From contig JBDHUY010000004.1 of NCBI GenBank assembly GCA_039809385.1, positions 1 to 64,000 of the forward strand: a stretch of DNA of 64,000 nucleotides, in the 5' to 3' direction. Shown in pieces: positions 13,501 through 21,653 of this stretch (position 1 is its first letter; each line of letters starts with the position of its first letter). This stretch comes from Candidatus Altimarinota bacterium. Its GTDB lineage: Bacteria > Patescibacteriota > Gracilibacteria > JBDHUY01. The position numbers and the translations under genes are program-made. The notes below the pieces were generated by a model. It made no database searches. It was given only the letters and a program-made list of their open reading frames with translations, and had not been told where the DNA came from.

Positions 13501-13875
13501 GGTATTGATTACGCGCTCGGCTTCATGATTCATCTGCGTTCTGAACTTAGCCATTTCTTCCGGATTTAATCCCAGCTTTCCATCAATGTCGTAACGGCGC
13601 ATTTCGCGGTTAACGTAACTTTGCATATATTCCCGGTATGCATCTCTTTGATGCTCGGGAATGTCCCGGCCGGCTAAAAAACCTCCCAGCGTTGTATCGA
13701 TCGAATCTTTTGTTTTGTCAAATGATGTTTGCCCTTCGGCTGATTTCGTTCCATCTTTGACCAGATCCGGAATATAGCTGCTGGTATTTTCCACCGGCAC
13801 ACTTTCCGGTGTTTTATATAGTAGATGCCTTTTGTGTTCAATGAAGCGAAAACAATGTAATCTTTTGTGTTTCAT
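7519..13875 (-). CDS. Giant (2118 aa) coiled-coil protein with Gly-rich hydrophobic segment
   Basis: Uninterrupted 6.3-kb ORF; EF-hand-like YDIDGKLGLNPEE, long coiled coils, Gly-rich helices, internal repeat, Pro/Glu linkers. Confidence 0.85.
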   Translation of the reverse strand: MKHKRLHCFRFIEHKRHLLYKTPESVPVENTSSYIPDLVKDGTKSAEGQTSFDKTKDSIDTTLGGFLAGRDIPEHQRDAYREYMQSYVNREMRRYDIDGKLGLNPEEMAKFRTQMNHEAERVINTYTKGVEQKIKVQEKSAELLRQEKQVEEKIKNLDSNEWKPEGLSAEHPELLENEILKLQKVFKEVGPEVGNVLNNLESFDRSCEAFQATVNGSLGIDFSGEAAQLNTQRIFVLNKIKNLQTKLQQVNGVFTTRYGVLIKKPEEFREFLRQQYEQKKAEFDAKNKETTAKKSETIKKTQEYRRRIGELRDAKTNLEVSAAQATEAKGKQEEQKNKVSSYVDATVEKMNSMLKQIPEGSEEYVMIKRHLERTLQEKDGLAQDTQKITETITESINQTTSKKELTIKNINSAEQAVAHLDSASQFYEQQLERLATGSGLLEAEFSQKIDAVNRIDRGVSESLLNMNIQLKNFNEVGKQLAEQEKKLSKPVPTPNLWDVTVGRTANAFVTGLGTICDVTGLTSIYKNVNNWANEKLNNPETGWASWLGVGGLKLVIGAGHFVKNIGQFFVNLAAHPVDTGGELVSIAGFNFAKVTDPEAHWFSWTDGHSVFHLPVINESTLNFGKGLVAWDKFQEAAQKGDWGLWFEAIGEGTAGVAATIAGARGAAKNFSKTRIGNAFKQGLEGVKVEGLFEGSQGGSLMSGLKLATIEFGKVAKESALSGMDAIKSPIKSLKTLGRNTIKSIGESRLGKDVTQIGKGGKDILTGKFRNGFDQMTSGLGIKGRSRLRSSLPELETSIQKRTEISENFNKTMEAQGFRVTYEQFTEYLKDPGKNENPFSSGENLPGGTEGITPATAIEGFRVANEFMKERGGYKIEEQYHSNMKRFAEDAKRAYIDELKDQLSTTKNELSTLERYTLEQRIVEAKYLKPEEVINMLEKKTGPAEISTSIDKAIRKNQQALQQLQSKHSEHFDTQTGEPLSTAPEAIRKKLERLKEEKARLEKERGEIVNSHHAVMHDGLQNTLETARNNPFEQGTTDGLSKSEKSLVKKAGKTEAYSDNLGFNTKDVQTRLERYGEEFANITDVNVLTAKIYGEWLAADSGQIGSFFRRKGKQWKNKKTYETEQLPKAKAYAEKVLEERATRAAEVQNAIKLDTPIIENLGFETQPVQDIVNGYSELFKDKATVEGLAEGILTDWLKHDSKFIKAPDSIPAYLERQGPKARAYAEKVLEVRKSKSTASTNKSSETQLTEPTDSQKNTANDTLDSPKTEELLQESITEIKKTPDVNDSTSSPLAESELTSPPENVVSDASMKTETTLHEMKEALETSNQIDVTTLARSVYESRIAEGNNGIPQLEEIPDSLRQEYQNLYNQRNLGHIDNLELIRRAKELDYHVAELVKRIKIEKAEANLQKVRDVETQARENTNEPSESTKIEEPRSEPAPSPEPTPELSRPAPEPTTAQPQAEIIPEKPQIEANLTIAEIDTAISKLNNELTEKVTDEAILRDTPEIAEVQNQFTEKMQEWNKESNRIEEPLKELEREIETIEQSNKPANFHELYESWKQEVLADNQAFMEKRTRTSQEINQYTEVEQRYQAALDAIGKEHPEITNLKSRIDQIRTQERTLSEEATELRERRDTLIEQKKNEITKKIETKIQELENQKITLEPAANPQETSLPANKVENPIEKKSILQDLNLSYGQTFKNGSDALRWINDQVNRSIAQKKRIIEERGKYDSRIPEVTQKFETKVQLLEQYKAQLQKELQATGPKEIDIYSQPLADQKRIIRVDDPMPKTESPALESRPPKVEEVVPMEPVIKSTIEPPVEPTPTAEPVRVSPERTPLIEQKPIARIEEGIPTTDAAPFELTQLNASSPIWNKIGQIVPDRATAADFVTTIGRTVQGLYGKAKLEAVPNVNTMNVATAIIAEKLGASKAQIREILKDRIPPVENILEAFKQLDNLGRQQVVEGVQRYINSILGPQLAELNNLSFEQMREFVSDPTNIEMIRSMVLEKPLKEGSTESLQVNFNNLLEGSAGKNNFEYSIGLGDILDPAKYDSIFIINNTIEIVSSHNGVERTYIVTARDGRKFSGYYTENGVKKSVSYIPIWSGDQIRTTPGSGNQAKAA

Positions 13876-13886
13876 GCGGGTGTTCT

Positions 13887-14213
13887 TTATGATTCATCCA
13901 GAGATTTTTCCAAATCTCTGCGGGCTTGGTAGACTTCCTGGACCTCTTCCAATAAAGAGAATTGTTTCTTTTTTGAACCTTGCTGCATATTCAGCGTTTC
14001 CAGAAATGCGGGATTTGCTTCTAAAAGTTTAGTAAATCGTTTCTGGTTGAGCCTGGCTTCCTGCCGAAGCATTTTCTCAAGTGCGGCGAAATTTCCTGCC
14101 GGATTCTTTTTGACAATCTGAATGAGAGGTTTCTTAAAAGAATTGTCGAGTAGTAAGCTTGTCTCGATCAGCTCTATTAATTCTAAAATGGCCGGGTCGT
14201 TTTTTTGTGCCAT
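13887..14213 (-). CDS. Hypothetical protein
   Basis: 108-aa ATG ORF closely spaced between co-oriented genes. Confidence 0.7.
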   Translation of the reverse strand: MAQKNDPAILELIELIETSLLLDNSFKKPLIQIVKKNPAGNFAALEKMLRQEARLNQKRFTKLLEANPAFLETLNMQQGSKKKQFSLLEEVQEVYQARRDLEKSLDES

Positions 14214-14231
14214 AATATCTTGTTCAGAGAA

Positions 14232-14993
14232 TTATTCCCCCTTTTCCTCAAACTGCGCCTCCAGATTCAAAAAATCGATGCCATAGACGTCGTAGACCCA
14301 GCGGTAGAGCATCTCCACGGCGGTCTGAAAGAACCCGATTGAGGCCCACATCAGGGGTAAGGTTAGAAACAGCATGAAGGCCCGCGCCGAAGTGGTCTGG
14401 CCTATCAGCAGCAGCAGAATATTGATGAGCAGGGCTGCCAGAATGCCGAAAGTACTGCCATAAATACTCACCAGCGCATACTGTTTCCCGGACACCACTT
14501 CAATCACGACCGAGGTCACAAAGGCACTGATCAAGAAATGGATACCCACGATATAGATTAACTTTTCGACGCTGGCCCCTTGCAAAATTAAGTAGAGAGG
14601 GATCGAAAATATAAAGACCAGCACGTTGAAAATAAACCCCTGGATCAGATTCGTCGTTACCCGTGGGTACTTTTCCCGGTCGGCTACATAAAAGAGCACT
14701 ACCGGGACCAGATTGCCGAGTAGCGTAGCCAGAAAAACCATCACCAGCACGATATACAAAAAAATCGGCGTCACTCCCGGCGCTTCGTCGCCGAACGTGG
14801 CTCCCAGATTGGGTATCACGGACGAAGCGAAGAGCATCAAAATGATCAGGACAAGTGTCCCGCCGATCCCGCCGATCAATCCCAGTAAGGTCTTGAAAAT
14901 GACTTTGGCATTGCCGACGCGGCGCGGTCCCAATTCTGCTTCGTTCGTGGTTTTATGTGTCTCCGACTCGTTGCGGACATTTTTGAGTTCCAT
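14232..14993 (-). CDS. Multi-pass membrane protein
   Basis: About six hydrophobic helices; start at 14993 inferred (ORF open to 15107). Confidence 0.75.
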   Translation of the reverse strand: MELKNVRNESETHKTTNEAELGPRRVGNAKVIFKTLLGLIGGIGGTLVLIILMLFASSVIPNLGATFGDEAPGVTPIFLYIVLVMVFLATLLGNLVPVVLFYVADREKYPRVTTNLIQGFIFNVLVFIFSIPLYLILQGASVEKLIYIVGIHFLISAFVTSVVIEVVSGKQYALVSIYGSTFGILAALLINILLLLIGQTTSARAFMLFLTLPLMWASIGFFQTAVEMLYRWVYDVYGIDFLNLEAQFEEKGE

Positions 14994-15087
14994 AGTTGTT
15001 TTTGTTTTAGGCTCGGGAAAGTGGAGTATTTGTTCCTTCTCTAAGCCAAAGATATTCAATACAGTATACCATTCTTTCTCTTCTTTC

Positions 15088-15540
15088 TCAATCTTTGGAG
15101 TTGTCATTTTTTCTTTCTATTGTCTTATACTGTATCAGCAACAGTACGACTCCGATAAAAATCGACGAATCGGCCCAGTTGAAGACAGGAAAAGAGCCGA
15201 TTTTCACAAAGTCGGTTACGGCGCCGAAAAATATCCGTTCGTACAGATTACCCAAGGCACCGGCCAGAATTAAGCCGATTACCAGTTGCGTCCGCCATAT
15301 CCGCATATCCAGATGCTTCCAGGCGGCCTTTGCTCCAAGCAGAATAACCGTCACCGTTACTAAGACGAGAAACGGACCTTCCAGCGGTATGCTGAAGGCA
15401 ATCCCGGTATTCCTGCTCGATACGATCGCGATCGTATCACCCCAGATCGGGATAAAAACATTGTTGCCCCACCACTGTTTTGTTACCAGATCCAGTAAGA
15501 GCGAGAGCAGGGTCGTGAAGATAAGTGGAAAGTGGCGCAT
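15088..15540 (-). CDS. lspA: Lipoprotein signal peptidase II
   Basis: DLVTK, NTGIAFS, GALGNLYERI, VTDF, FNWADSSI motifs. Confidence 0.93.
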   Translation of the reverse strand: MRHFPLIFTTLLSLLLDLVTKQWWGNNVFIPIWGDTIAIVSSRNTGIAFSIPLEGPFLVLVTVTVILLGAKAAWKHLDMRIWRTQLVIGLILAGALGNLYERIFFGAVTDFVKIGSFPVFNWADSSIFIGVVLLLIQYKTIERKNDNSKD

Positions 15541-15566
15541 AGGTTTTATGATGTTGTCAGGATACG

Positions 15567-15605
15567 GAATCAAGAATCAAGAATCAAGAATCAAGAATCA
15601 AGAAT
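15567..15605. repeat. Perfect heptamer tandem repeat (GAATCAA) about 5.6 copies
   Basis: Read directly; upstream of lspA. Confidence 0.95.
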
Positions 15606-15948
15606 ACTCCTTATCATATTTCTTGACCATCGATGCTGCTGGATCTGGTCTTCGATTTGCGCTACCTGATCTTGCAGAGCATACAATGTATCTCACATTA
15701 CGCCGCTTCTGTCAGTTTTTTTTTAGGTTTATCCCGCATAAATTTAACCAGCGAGATATAGCTTTTTTCTCCATACTTCAAGCTCGAATCCACAGAAAAT
15801 ACTTGAAATAGTAGCGAAAATCCCTATAATCGCAGAGTCAATCTTTATAAAAACGTGTAGAATAGCTTCTTTCATGCGACGAATTAGGTACGTTTTCATG
15901 GAGAGTACCTCAACGTTACACTTTTCATTTTGCACTTTATAACTTTGT

Positions 15949-17163
15949 ATGCCCGCGCCCCGGTCACCACGCGCCAGAACATCTAAATTGCTCATCCTGA
16001 TCGTACTCGTTCTGGTCGGTTTTTCGGCCTATCTCTATCAGGAATTGGCCCTGATCCGGCAGACCATGGGGAATATGGCCCAAAGTATCGGCTCGCTGGT
16101 CGACGAAAACAGTAATCGTCTTCCCGTTGGTGAACAATTGGTCGCATTCGGGCAAGATCTTAACGAAATCCGCCGGTTTCTGTATTTGCCAACCAAGCAG
16201 TATACACTTTCAGACAACAGGAACACCAATACCAGTAGTCTTGTCGAGGGAGAGGTTGAGGATAGTGTCGGTACACAGCTTTTTCAACTGGTTGACAAAC
16301 TCGACGAAAAAAACTCCAGGGTAAACAAATTACAAGCATCGAAAGCGCTCTTTGAAACAGCTTTTACTCAAGAAAATATTGTGACGGCTCTGAATCCGAA
16401 GAAAGCACAGGTCCAACCGCTGATCGAGTCGGAAAATGAATACCTGCGCGAGATAAAGTACGGAGAAATCTCTCTTTTTACCGCCGTTCTGGTCAAAAAT
16501 AACGGACATTATTTTCTCAAAGACAGCCGTGGGAATCATGAATTCTCGTCGGACGAAGAATTTATGACCGGATTACAACGGTATGTGAGTGTGCTCGACA
16601 GCCTGATCGAATTTACTGTCAAACAAGAAGAAATGAAGAAGCAGATTATTGCGTTTATCGCTACGCCGGGTATCGCCAAAACGCTTTCCGAGAAAAATCT
16701 TGCTTTTACCTATCCCGATTTCAAAAATAAAGAAGGTACGATTATCCTGAAAGTCTTTGTCGACCCGGAAAAAAATCTGTTCGGGCTGGATCTGAACAAT
16801 CAGAAACAATTGTTTCCCGATCCGGCGGCCTGGCAGCAAGGTCTTACGTCGACACTCCTTAGCCTGGATACCGCTACCGGGATCGAGAAACTGGTTAAAC
16901 AAAACGTAGACGAAATTATGGCCGTTTTGCAAACCGAACCTTTCCAAGATGTTTTGCGGGAAAAACAGTTATCCATAAGCTCGTCGCCTGTCTATGAAAC
17001 CGACCGGGTGTACTTTCATTTTAGCGATAAAAACGGGGTTCGAGTGGCGTCGATCGCCATCGAACGCGGCAGCGGGGAGGTAAAAGTAGTCGATGGTCAA
17101 GGCCTTAATCCCGCAAGTTTCGAAGATTTCCTGTCCGGCGGGGACGAAAAAAAAAAGCTTTGA
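15949..17163 (+). CDS. Membrane-anchored protein; probable N-terminal part of an LCP fusion
   Basis: N-terminal TM helix; ends ...GAA AAA AAA AAG CTT TGA, overlapping the LCP ORF in the -1 frame. Confidence 0.75.
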   Translation: MPAPRSPRARTSKLLILIVLVLVGFSAYLYQELALIRQTMGNMAQSIGSLVDENSNRLPVGEQLVAFGQDLNEIRRFLYLPTKQYTLSDNRNTNTSSLVEGEVEDSVGTQLFQLVDKLDEKNSRVNKLQASKALFETAFTQENIVTALNPKKAQVQPLIESENEYLREIKYGEISLFTAVLVKNNGHYFLKDSRGNHEFSSDEEFMTGLQRYVSVLDSLIEFTVKQEEMKKQIIAFIATPGIAKTLSEKNLAFTYPDFKNKEGTIILKVFVDPEKNLFGLDLNNQKQLFPDPAAWQQGLTSTLLSLDTATGIEKLVKQNVDEIMAVLQTEPFQDVLREKQLSISSSPVYETDRVYFHFSDKNGVRVASIAIERGSGEVKVVDGQGLNPASFEDFLSGGDEKKKL

Positions 17164-18041
17164 TTTTGCCCCGTGATCTGAAAAACGTCGATATCCCCGA
17201 TACGGAACAGGGCATCAACTTTTTGATTGTGGGCAAACACGGCTCGCTGACCGACACGATGATCTACGCTCACGTCGATCTTGTCAACCAACGTGTCACG
17301 CTTATCAGCATTCCCCGCGATCTGGAAGTGAACAACCGTAAGCTGAACGCTGTATACAGTTTGTTTGGGATTGAAGAACTGAAGCGTCAGCTTACCAAAC
17401 TGACCGGTTATAGAATCGACAAGTACATTTTGATCGATATGTATGCTTTTATCGATGTGATCGACATTATCGGCGGAGTCGATCTGACCCTCGATAAAGC
17501 GGTTATCGACCCCAGTTACAAAGTCTTTGAGGAAGGAAAATGGTCGACCCTGTACTATAAACCCGGTAATTATCATCTCAACGGTCGCCAAGCACTCCGA
17601 TTGGCTCGCAGCCGGCATTATTCTTCGGATTTCGAACGAGCCAAACGCCAGCATCTTATTCTCGATGCGCTCAAGCAGAAAGCCCTTTCAATGGGGGTAG
17701 GCGAGGCCGATAAAATCGTCAAAATTGCCCAAACTGTGCTGTCCCATACCGAAACTGATATCACGCCCCAAGATGCTCTGACCTATTTTTTTCGGTATAA
17801 AGATTTCCCGGTACGCAAAAACAATGTGCTGTCTACCGAAAATGTGCTTACTTCCAAGCATAAAAACGAAGGAGCCAAACAGGCGGCTTTGGCTTCGTGC
17901 ACGAATATCGTTGAAGAATCCGGAAAAAATAAATGTCTGATCGAAGCCAAAAAAATCGACGACGGGGCCTATATCTTACTTCCCTCGGGCGGCAACTGGA
18001 ATGTGATCAAGTACTACTTCAAGACGACGTTCTCCCAGTAG
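17160..18041 (+). CDS. LytR-CpsA-Psr (LCP) family glycopolymer transferase domain
   Basis: LTDTMI, LISIPRDL, KLNAVY, IDIIGGVD, LNGRQALRLARSR, SDFERAKRQ; no TM anchor of its own; TTG start. Confidence 0.9.
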   Translation: MILPRDLKNVDIPDTEQGINFLIVGKHGSLTDTMIYAHVDLVNQRVTLISIPRDLEVNNRKLNAVYSLFGIEELKRQLTKLTGYRIDKYILIDMYAFIDVIDIIGGVDLTLDKAVIDPSYKVFEEGKWSTLYYKPGNYHLNGRQALRLARSRHYSSDFERAKRQHLILDALKQKALSMGVGEADKIVKIAQTVLSHTETDITPQDALTYFFRYKDFPVRKNNVLSTENVLTSKHKNEGAKQAALASCTNIVEESGKNKCLIEAKKIDDGAYILLPSGGNWNVIKYYFKTTFSQ

Positions 18042-18115
18042 GAGAAGCCCCATGTCTGCCCAGAAAACCTTGGGGTCTCTACGAATATATGGTAATATTG
18101 TAGATTGTTACGGTA

Positions 18116-19426
18116 TTACAACATCCCTTGCGGCGAAGCTTCGTCAAACTCATCTCCCGAGGGAAGCTCCAGCATTTTTATCTGCGGCAGAGCTGAGCCC
18201 ATCAATCCTTCCAGATCGCCGTGCATTCCGATGGTCTGGGTGACGACCCGTTCGATCTGTTTTTCCCGTTTGGCCCACATTTTGGTATAGGCCGCTTTCT
18301 CTTTTTCGAGATCGAGCTTCATGGTCTGAAACGATTCGACGATCGCCTCGACCCGCTGGCGAAACTCGCTGCCGCTCAGATAGGTATAGACCATCCCCAT
18401 CTTCTCTTGCTTGTCTTCCAGAGAAAATTTGGCACGGGCGACTTCGATCAGCTGAAGTCGTAGGGCCAGCGCTAAGCCCAACACCGAAGTCATATCGGTT
18501 ACCCAGACTCCGTCGCGTTGCCCAAAATTTTTAATACCGTCGGGAAGAGCGACCGAAACGATCACTGCGATTTCGGCTTTTTGATTCAGCCGGTCGTCTT
18601 TGAGTTTTTGAAGCCATGCGTCGTTCCAGTTTTTGGTATGTTTCGATTCCCACACGATCGTACCACATGGACGTCCCAAGGGGCTCTTTACCTGCTGGAT
18701 GATATCGGCTCCGTGAACGCCTTTTCCCACCGGAACTATTTCGTCGTGCGGAAAGGTTGTCCGTAGCAGTTCTTCCAATTCGAGCTCCAGGACTTCGCCC
18801 TGAGTCTGCTGGGAGCCTTGCTGGGCTTTACGCTGGAGATCTTCGATGATCGCTTGCATGTCGCTGATTTTTTTGTCCTTCTCTGCATCTTTTAAATGAT
18901 GAACTTCCTGCATCTTTCGAGCTGTCTCTTCTTCGATTTTTTTGCGGTCTTCATCGATTTGACGCTGTTTTTCCAATTCAAACGCTTTTTTGTTCTCTTC
19001 AAGTTCGAGTTTTTCTTTGCGTAAGGTTAATTCTGCCTTGCGGGCTTCGTCGAGTTTGGTCTCTTTTTCCTGCAGTTTTTCGGTCAGGAACTTCACTTCG
19101 TCTTCTTTTTCGCGGCTTGCCGCTTCCTTAGCGGCTTCGGACAGGCGGTTTTTTTCCAATCGCAGCGTTTCGGCGTTTTCGTGCTCAAGTTGTAAGCGAA
19201 TAGTTTCGGCTTGTTGTTTTAAAAACACCTCCTGCTCCTTTTGGGCGGTTTCGAGATTTTTTCGCTGCTCCCGCAGCTGTTCTTCTTTTTCTGCGAACTC
19301 TTTAATTTTCTCTGCTTCCTTTGCTTCGTACTGTTTCTTCAAATTTTCTTCCAGTTCGTGGGTAAGCACATCGTCGAGTGCAAAAGATTGTCGGCAGTGC
19401 GGACAGGTGATAGTTTGCGTGGACAT
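18116..19426 (-). CDS. DUF2130 domain coiled-coil protein
   Basis: CPHC, GSQQTQGEVLE, GKGVHGADI, IVWESKHTKNW, WAKREKQ; start MSTQ at 19426 inferred. Confidence 0.88.
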   Translation of the reverse strand: MSTQTITCPHCRQSFALDDVLTHELEENLKKQYEAKEAEKIKEFAEKEEQLREQRKNLETAQKEQEVFLKQQAETIRLQLEHENAETLRLEKNRLSEAAKEAASREKEDEVKFLTEKLQEKETKLDEARKAELTLRKEKLELEENKKAFELEKQRQIDEDRKKIEEETARKMQEVHHLKDAEKDKKISDMQAIIEDLQRKAQQGSQQTQGEVLELELEELLRTTFPHDEIVPVGKGVHGADIIQQVKSPLGRPCGTIVWESKHTKNWNDAWLQKLKDDRLNQKAEIAVIVSVALPDGIKNFGQRDGVWVTDMTSVLGLALALRLQLIEVARAKFSLEDKQEKMGMVYTYLSGSEFRQRVEAIVESFQTMKLDLEKEKAAYTKMWAKREKQIERVVTQTIGMHGDLEGLMGSALPQIKMLELPSGDEFDEASPQGML

Positions 19427-19636
19427 AAGGAATTGGTTTTTCAAAATAAAAGCGTACCTCTGCTTTTTACTATAGTTGGTTGTTTTCGATATACTAGCAT
19501 CTATTTTGTTAAAATAGTATAAAAAATAGCAGTTTCCGCGGTGTGTACATAATTTCCATTTTGCCGGCAATTATATCAGGGCTACATAAAAAAATCCTAA
19601 TTTTTTTCTCCGACGGCTCTTTTTCCGCATATTCTC

Positions 19637-19665
19637 TTGCAATCTTTTAAAATAGCGCTTATAGT
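19637..19665 (+). promoter_or_regulatory. Sigma70-type promoter of the RRM gene
   Basis: TTGCAA-17 bp-TATAGT. Confidence 0.65.
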
Positions 19666-19818
19666 AGCAAAGGTCTTCACGTTTGCAGTCCGTATTCCCT
19701 CGTCCATAACAGACATCTGGAAAAAGGTAAGCAGTGGAGCAGTTCCCGTACTGGGGAATCATCTATTATTTGTATCCGCTGCAGCAGTACCTGTAGGAAT
19801 TTATTTTTCGTTTTTTCT

Positions 19819-20166
19819 ATGGTGAAAAAACTCTATGTCGGTAATTTGCCGTGGTCGGTCAAAAATGACGATCTGGCCGCTTTATTTACTCCTTTCGGAG
19901 AAGTCGTTTCGGCCATGGTCATAATGGACCGCATGAATCCTACTCGCAGCAAGGGATTCGGTTTTGTGGAGATGGAAGAAGGCGATGCCATGAAAGCTAT
20001 CGAAGCTATGAATGGAAAAATGGTTGGTGACAATGGCAAAGAGCGACCTCTCACGGTCAATGAGGCACGTCCTCTGGAACCTCGCGAAAACCGCGGCGGC
20101 GGCAACCGTTCTTACGGACAGAACCGCAATCAGGACATGATGGACGATATGTCTATGACTGCCTAA
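19819..20166 (+). CDS. RRM (RNP-1) RNA-binding protein
   Basis: KLYVGNL (RNP-2), SKGFGFVEM (RNP-1), LTVNEAR. Confidence 0.95.
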   Translation: MVKKLYVGNLPWSVKNDDLAALFTPFGEVVSAMVIMDRMNPTRSKGFGFVEMEEGDAMKAIEAMNGKMVGDNGKERPLTVNEARPLEPRENRGGGNRSYGQNRNQDMMDDMSMTA

Positions 20167-20192
20167 ATGAGGATTTTTCCTTGTTTGTCTAT

Positions 20193-20229
20193 AAAAGAGC
20201 CCGTTTTCTCAGGAGAACGGGCTCTTTTT
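20193..20229 (+). terminator. Intrinsic terminator
   Basis: AAAAGAGCCCGTT...AACGGGCTCTTTTT hairpin with U tract. Confidence 0.85.
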
Positions 20230-20322
20230 GTTTTTTCGTGGAATCTCTTGAAATCGGAATGTCTTTTGTTACAGTAGGAAGGCAGGTTACGGTCGGTCTT
20301 CCTGCCGGTTCATGTTGATTAA

Positions 20323-20399
20323 GGGCGATTAGTTCAGTTGGTTAGAACGCACGATTCACATTCGTGAGGTCACTGGTTCGAGTCCAGTATCGCCCACCA
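20323..20399 (+). tRNA. tRNA-Val (anticodon CAC)
   Basis: GGGCGAT/ATCGCCC acceptor stem, CACGA-TTCACAT-TCGTG anticodon arm, GGTTCGAGTCC, encoded CCA. Confidence 0.95.
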
Positions 20400-20503
20400 T
20401 TTTGAATAAGTGATCCGTCCTCTGCAATAACTGCCTTTGTTCCTTTGAAAAAAGGCTTTTTCTTTATGTCTACCTTTCTTTCCTTTCTCCACAAGTAAAA
20501 AAA

Positions 20504-20531
20504 TTGACATGTGTTCTCCTGTTCCTATAAT
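20504..20531 (+). promoter_or_regulatory. Consensus sigma70 promoter
   Basis: TTGACA-16 bp-TATAAT. Confidence 0.7.
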
Positions 20532-20615
20532 AACCTCTCCCAAGGTTGTCTGCATCTTTCTTCTTTTGGAAAGAAGCGTAGCCTCAAACTTTTATTCTAA
20601 CTTTCTTCTTCCGCT

Positions 20616-21550
20616 ATGCAAACCGTTCCTCCGTATCAACCCGCTGATACTCCTGATACCACAGAATATGATTATGATGGGCCTGTAGAATCTTTGGTAA
20701 AAAAAACTTTAATATCGGCTTCGGGTACACATATGGCTCTCGATACGTTGATGGAATTAAATTAAATAGGATCAATCATGCTGGGGCTTTTTCCCTGGAA
20801 TCTCCGGGGGTGTATCGAGTAAACGGCGATGCCAAGCTATTTAAAGGCCACTTTCCTCACGGTGCCGTGCTTCCCGGTGTCATCGGTTCCGAATTGTTTA
20901 GACTTTCAGATGCACAAATGCAACCAGAAAGGACGTACCGTACCGATTTTCTGGGATTTATTCGTCCGGGAATGAAATTGGGTGTACGAGGTAATGAGGT
21001 ATATTTGTATGAATCTGAAGACAATCCGCTTATTCGCCATTCTCTTGTTGAATCTTTGCCTACAGATATAGCGCTTGATTCCGAGGCTTTTTCTTGTATT
21101 TATCAAACCCCGCTCTTACCCGAGTCGATTGCTCAAGTAGCGCCTTTTCGTTTTGCAGACGAGGTGGGGGTTGATACGTCGAATAATATATTTATCGGTT
21201 CCTTTACCCCCCAAGAGGCCCATCTCGATCAACTTGATATCGACACCTTCTCGCCGAATCTGGCTCAGGAATCGGCATATCAGATCGCCTCGGCCGCCTT
21301 TGGTAAAATTTCCGGTGGCGGACAGGTGCTGACACTACGCTCTACTACTTTTCAATGGCTGGAGCCCGACTATGTACCTATTACCGGAAACAAAATAACT
21401 GTCAGAGGGAAAATAATATCGCTCGATAAACGTTCCGGTACAGTTTATCTGGAAACCCTTGATTTATATCAGAGAAGGGTGGCTTGCTGCCAGGTAGAGG
21501 GCAATATTTTTTCTGCCAGACTGTTTCAAAAGTTTATCGCATCGATATAA
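20616..21550 (+). CDS. FabA/FabZ-like (double) hot-dog fold protein, -1 frameshifted at A8 (20699-20706)
   Basis: FKGHFP...LPGV motif and a second PFRFADEV-like repeat; ATG 20616 frame joins the 20810 frame (open from 20678) by a -1 shift. Confidence 0.6.
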
Positions 21551-21653
21551 TACGGCTTCGCAAAATCCGCTAAGCTATATTCTTTCCCGGTGCGGGGTGT
21601 CTTGCGTTCGCCAAGATTTGCGGTTAGATTGAGAAAGACATATCTTTCTCCTT

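Noticed and set aside
15600-15900. Small minus-strand gene or tmRNA tag (...LTEAA stop)
   Set aside because: Frames are interrupted by stops, no recognisable motif, no tmRNA termini.
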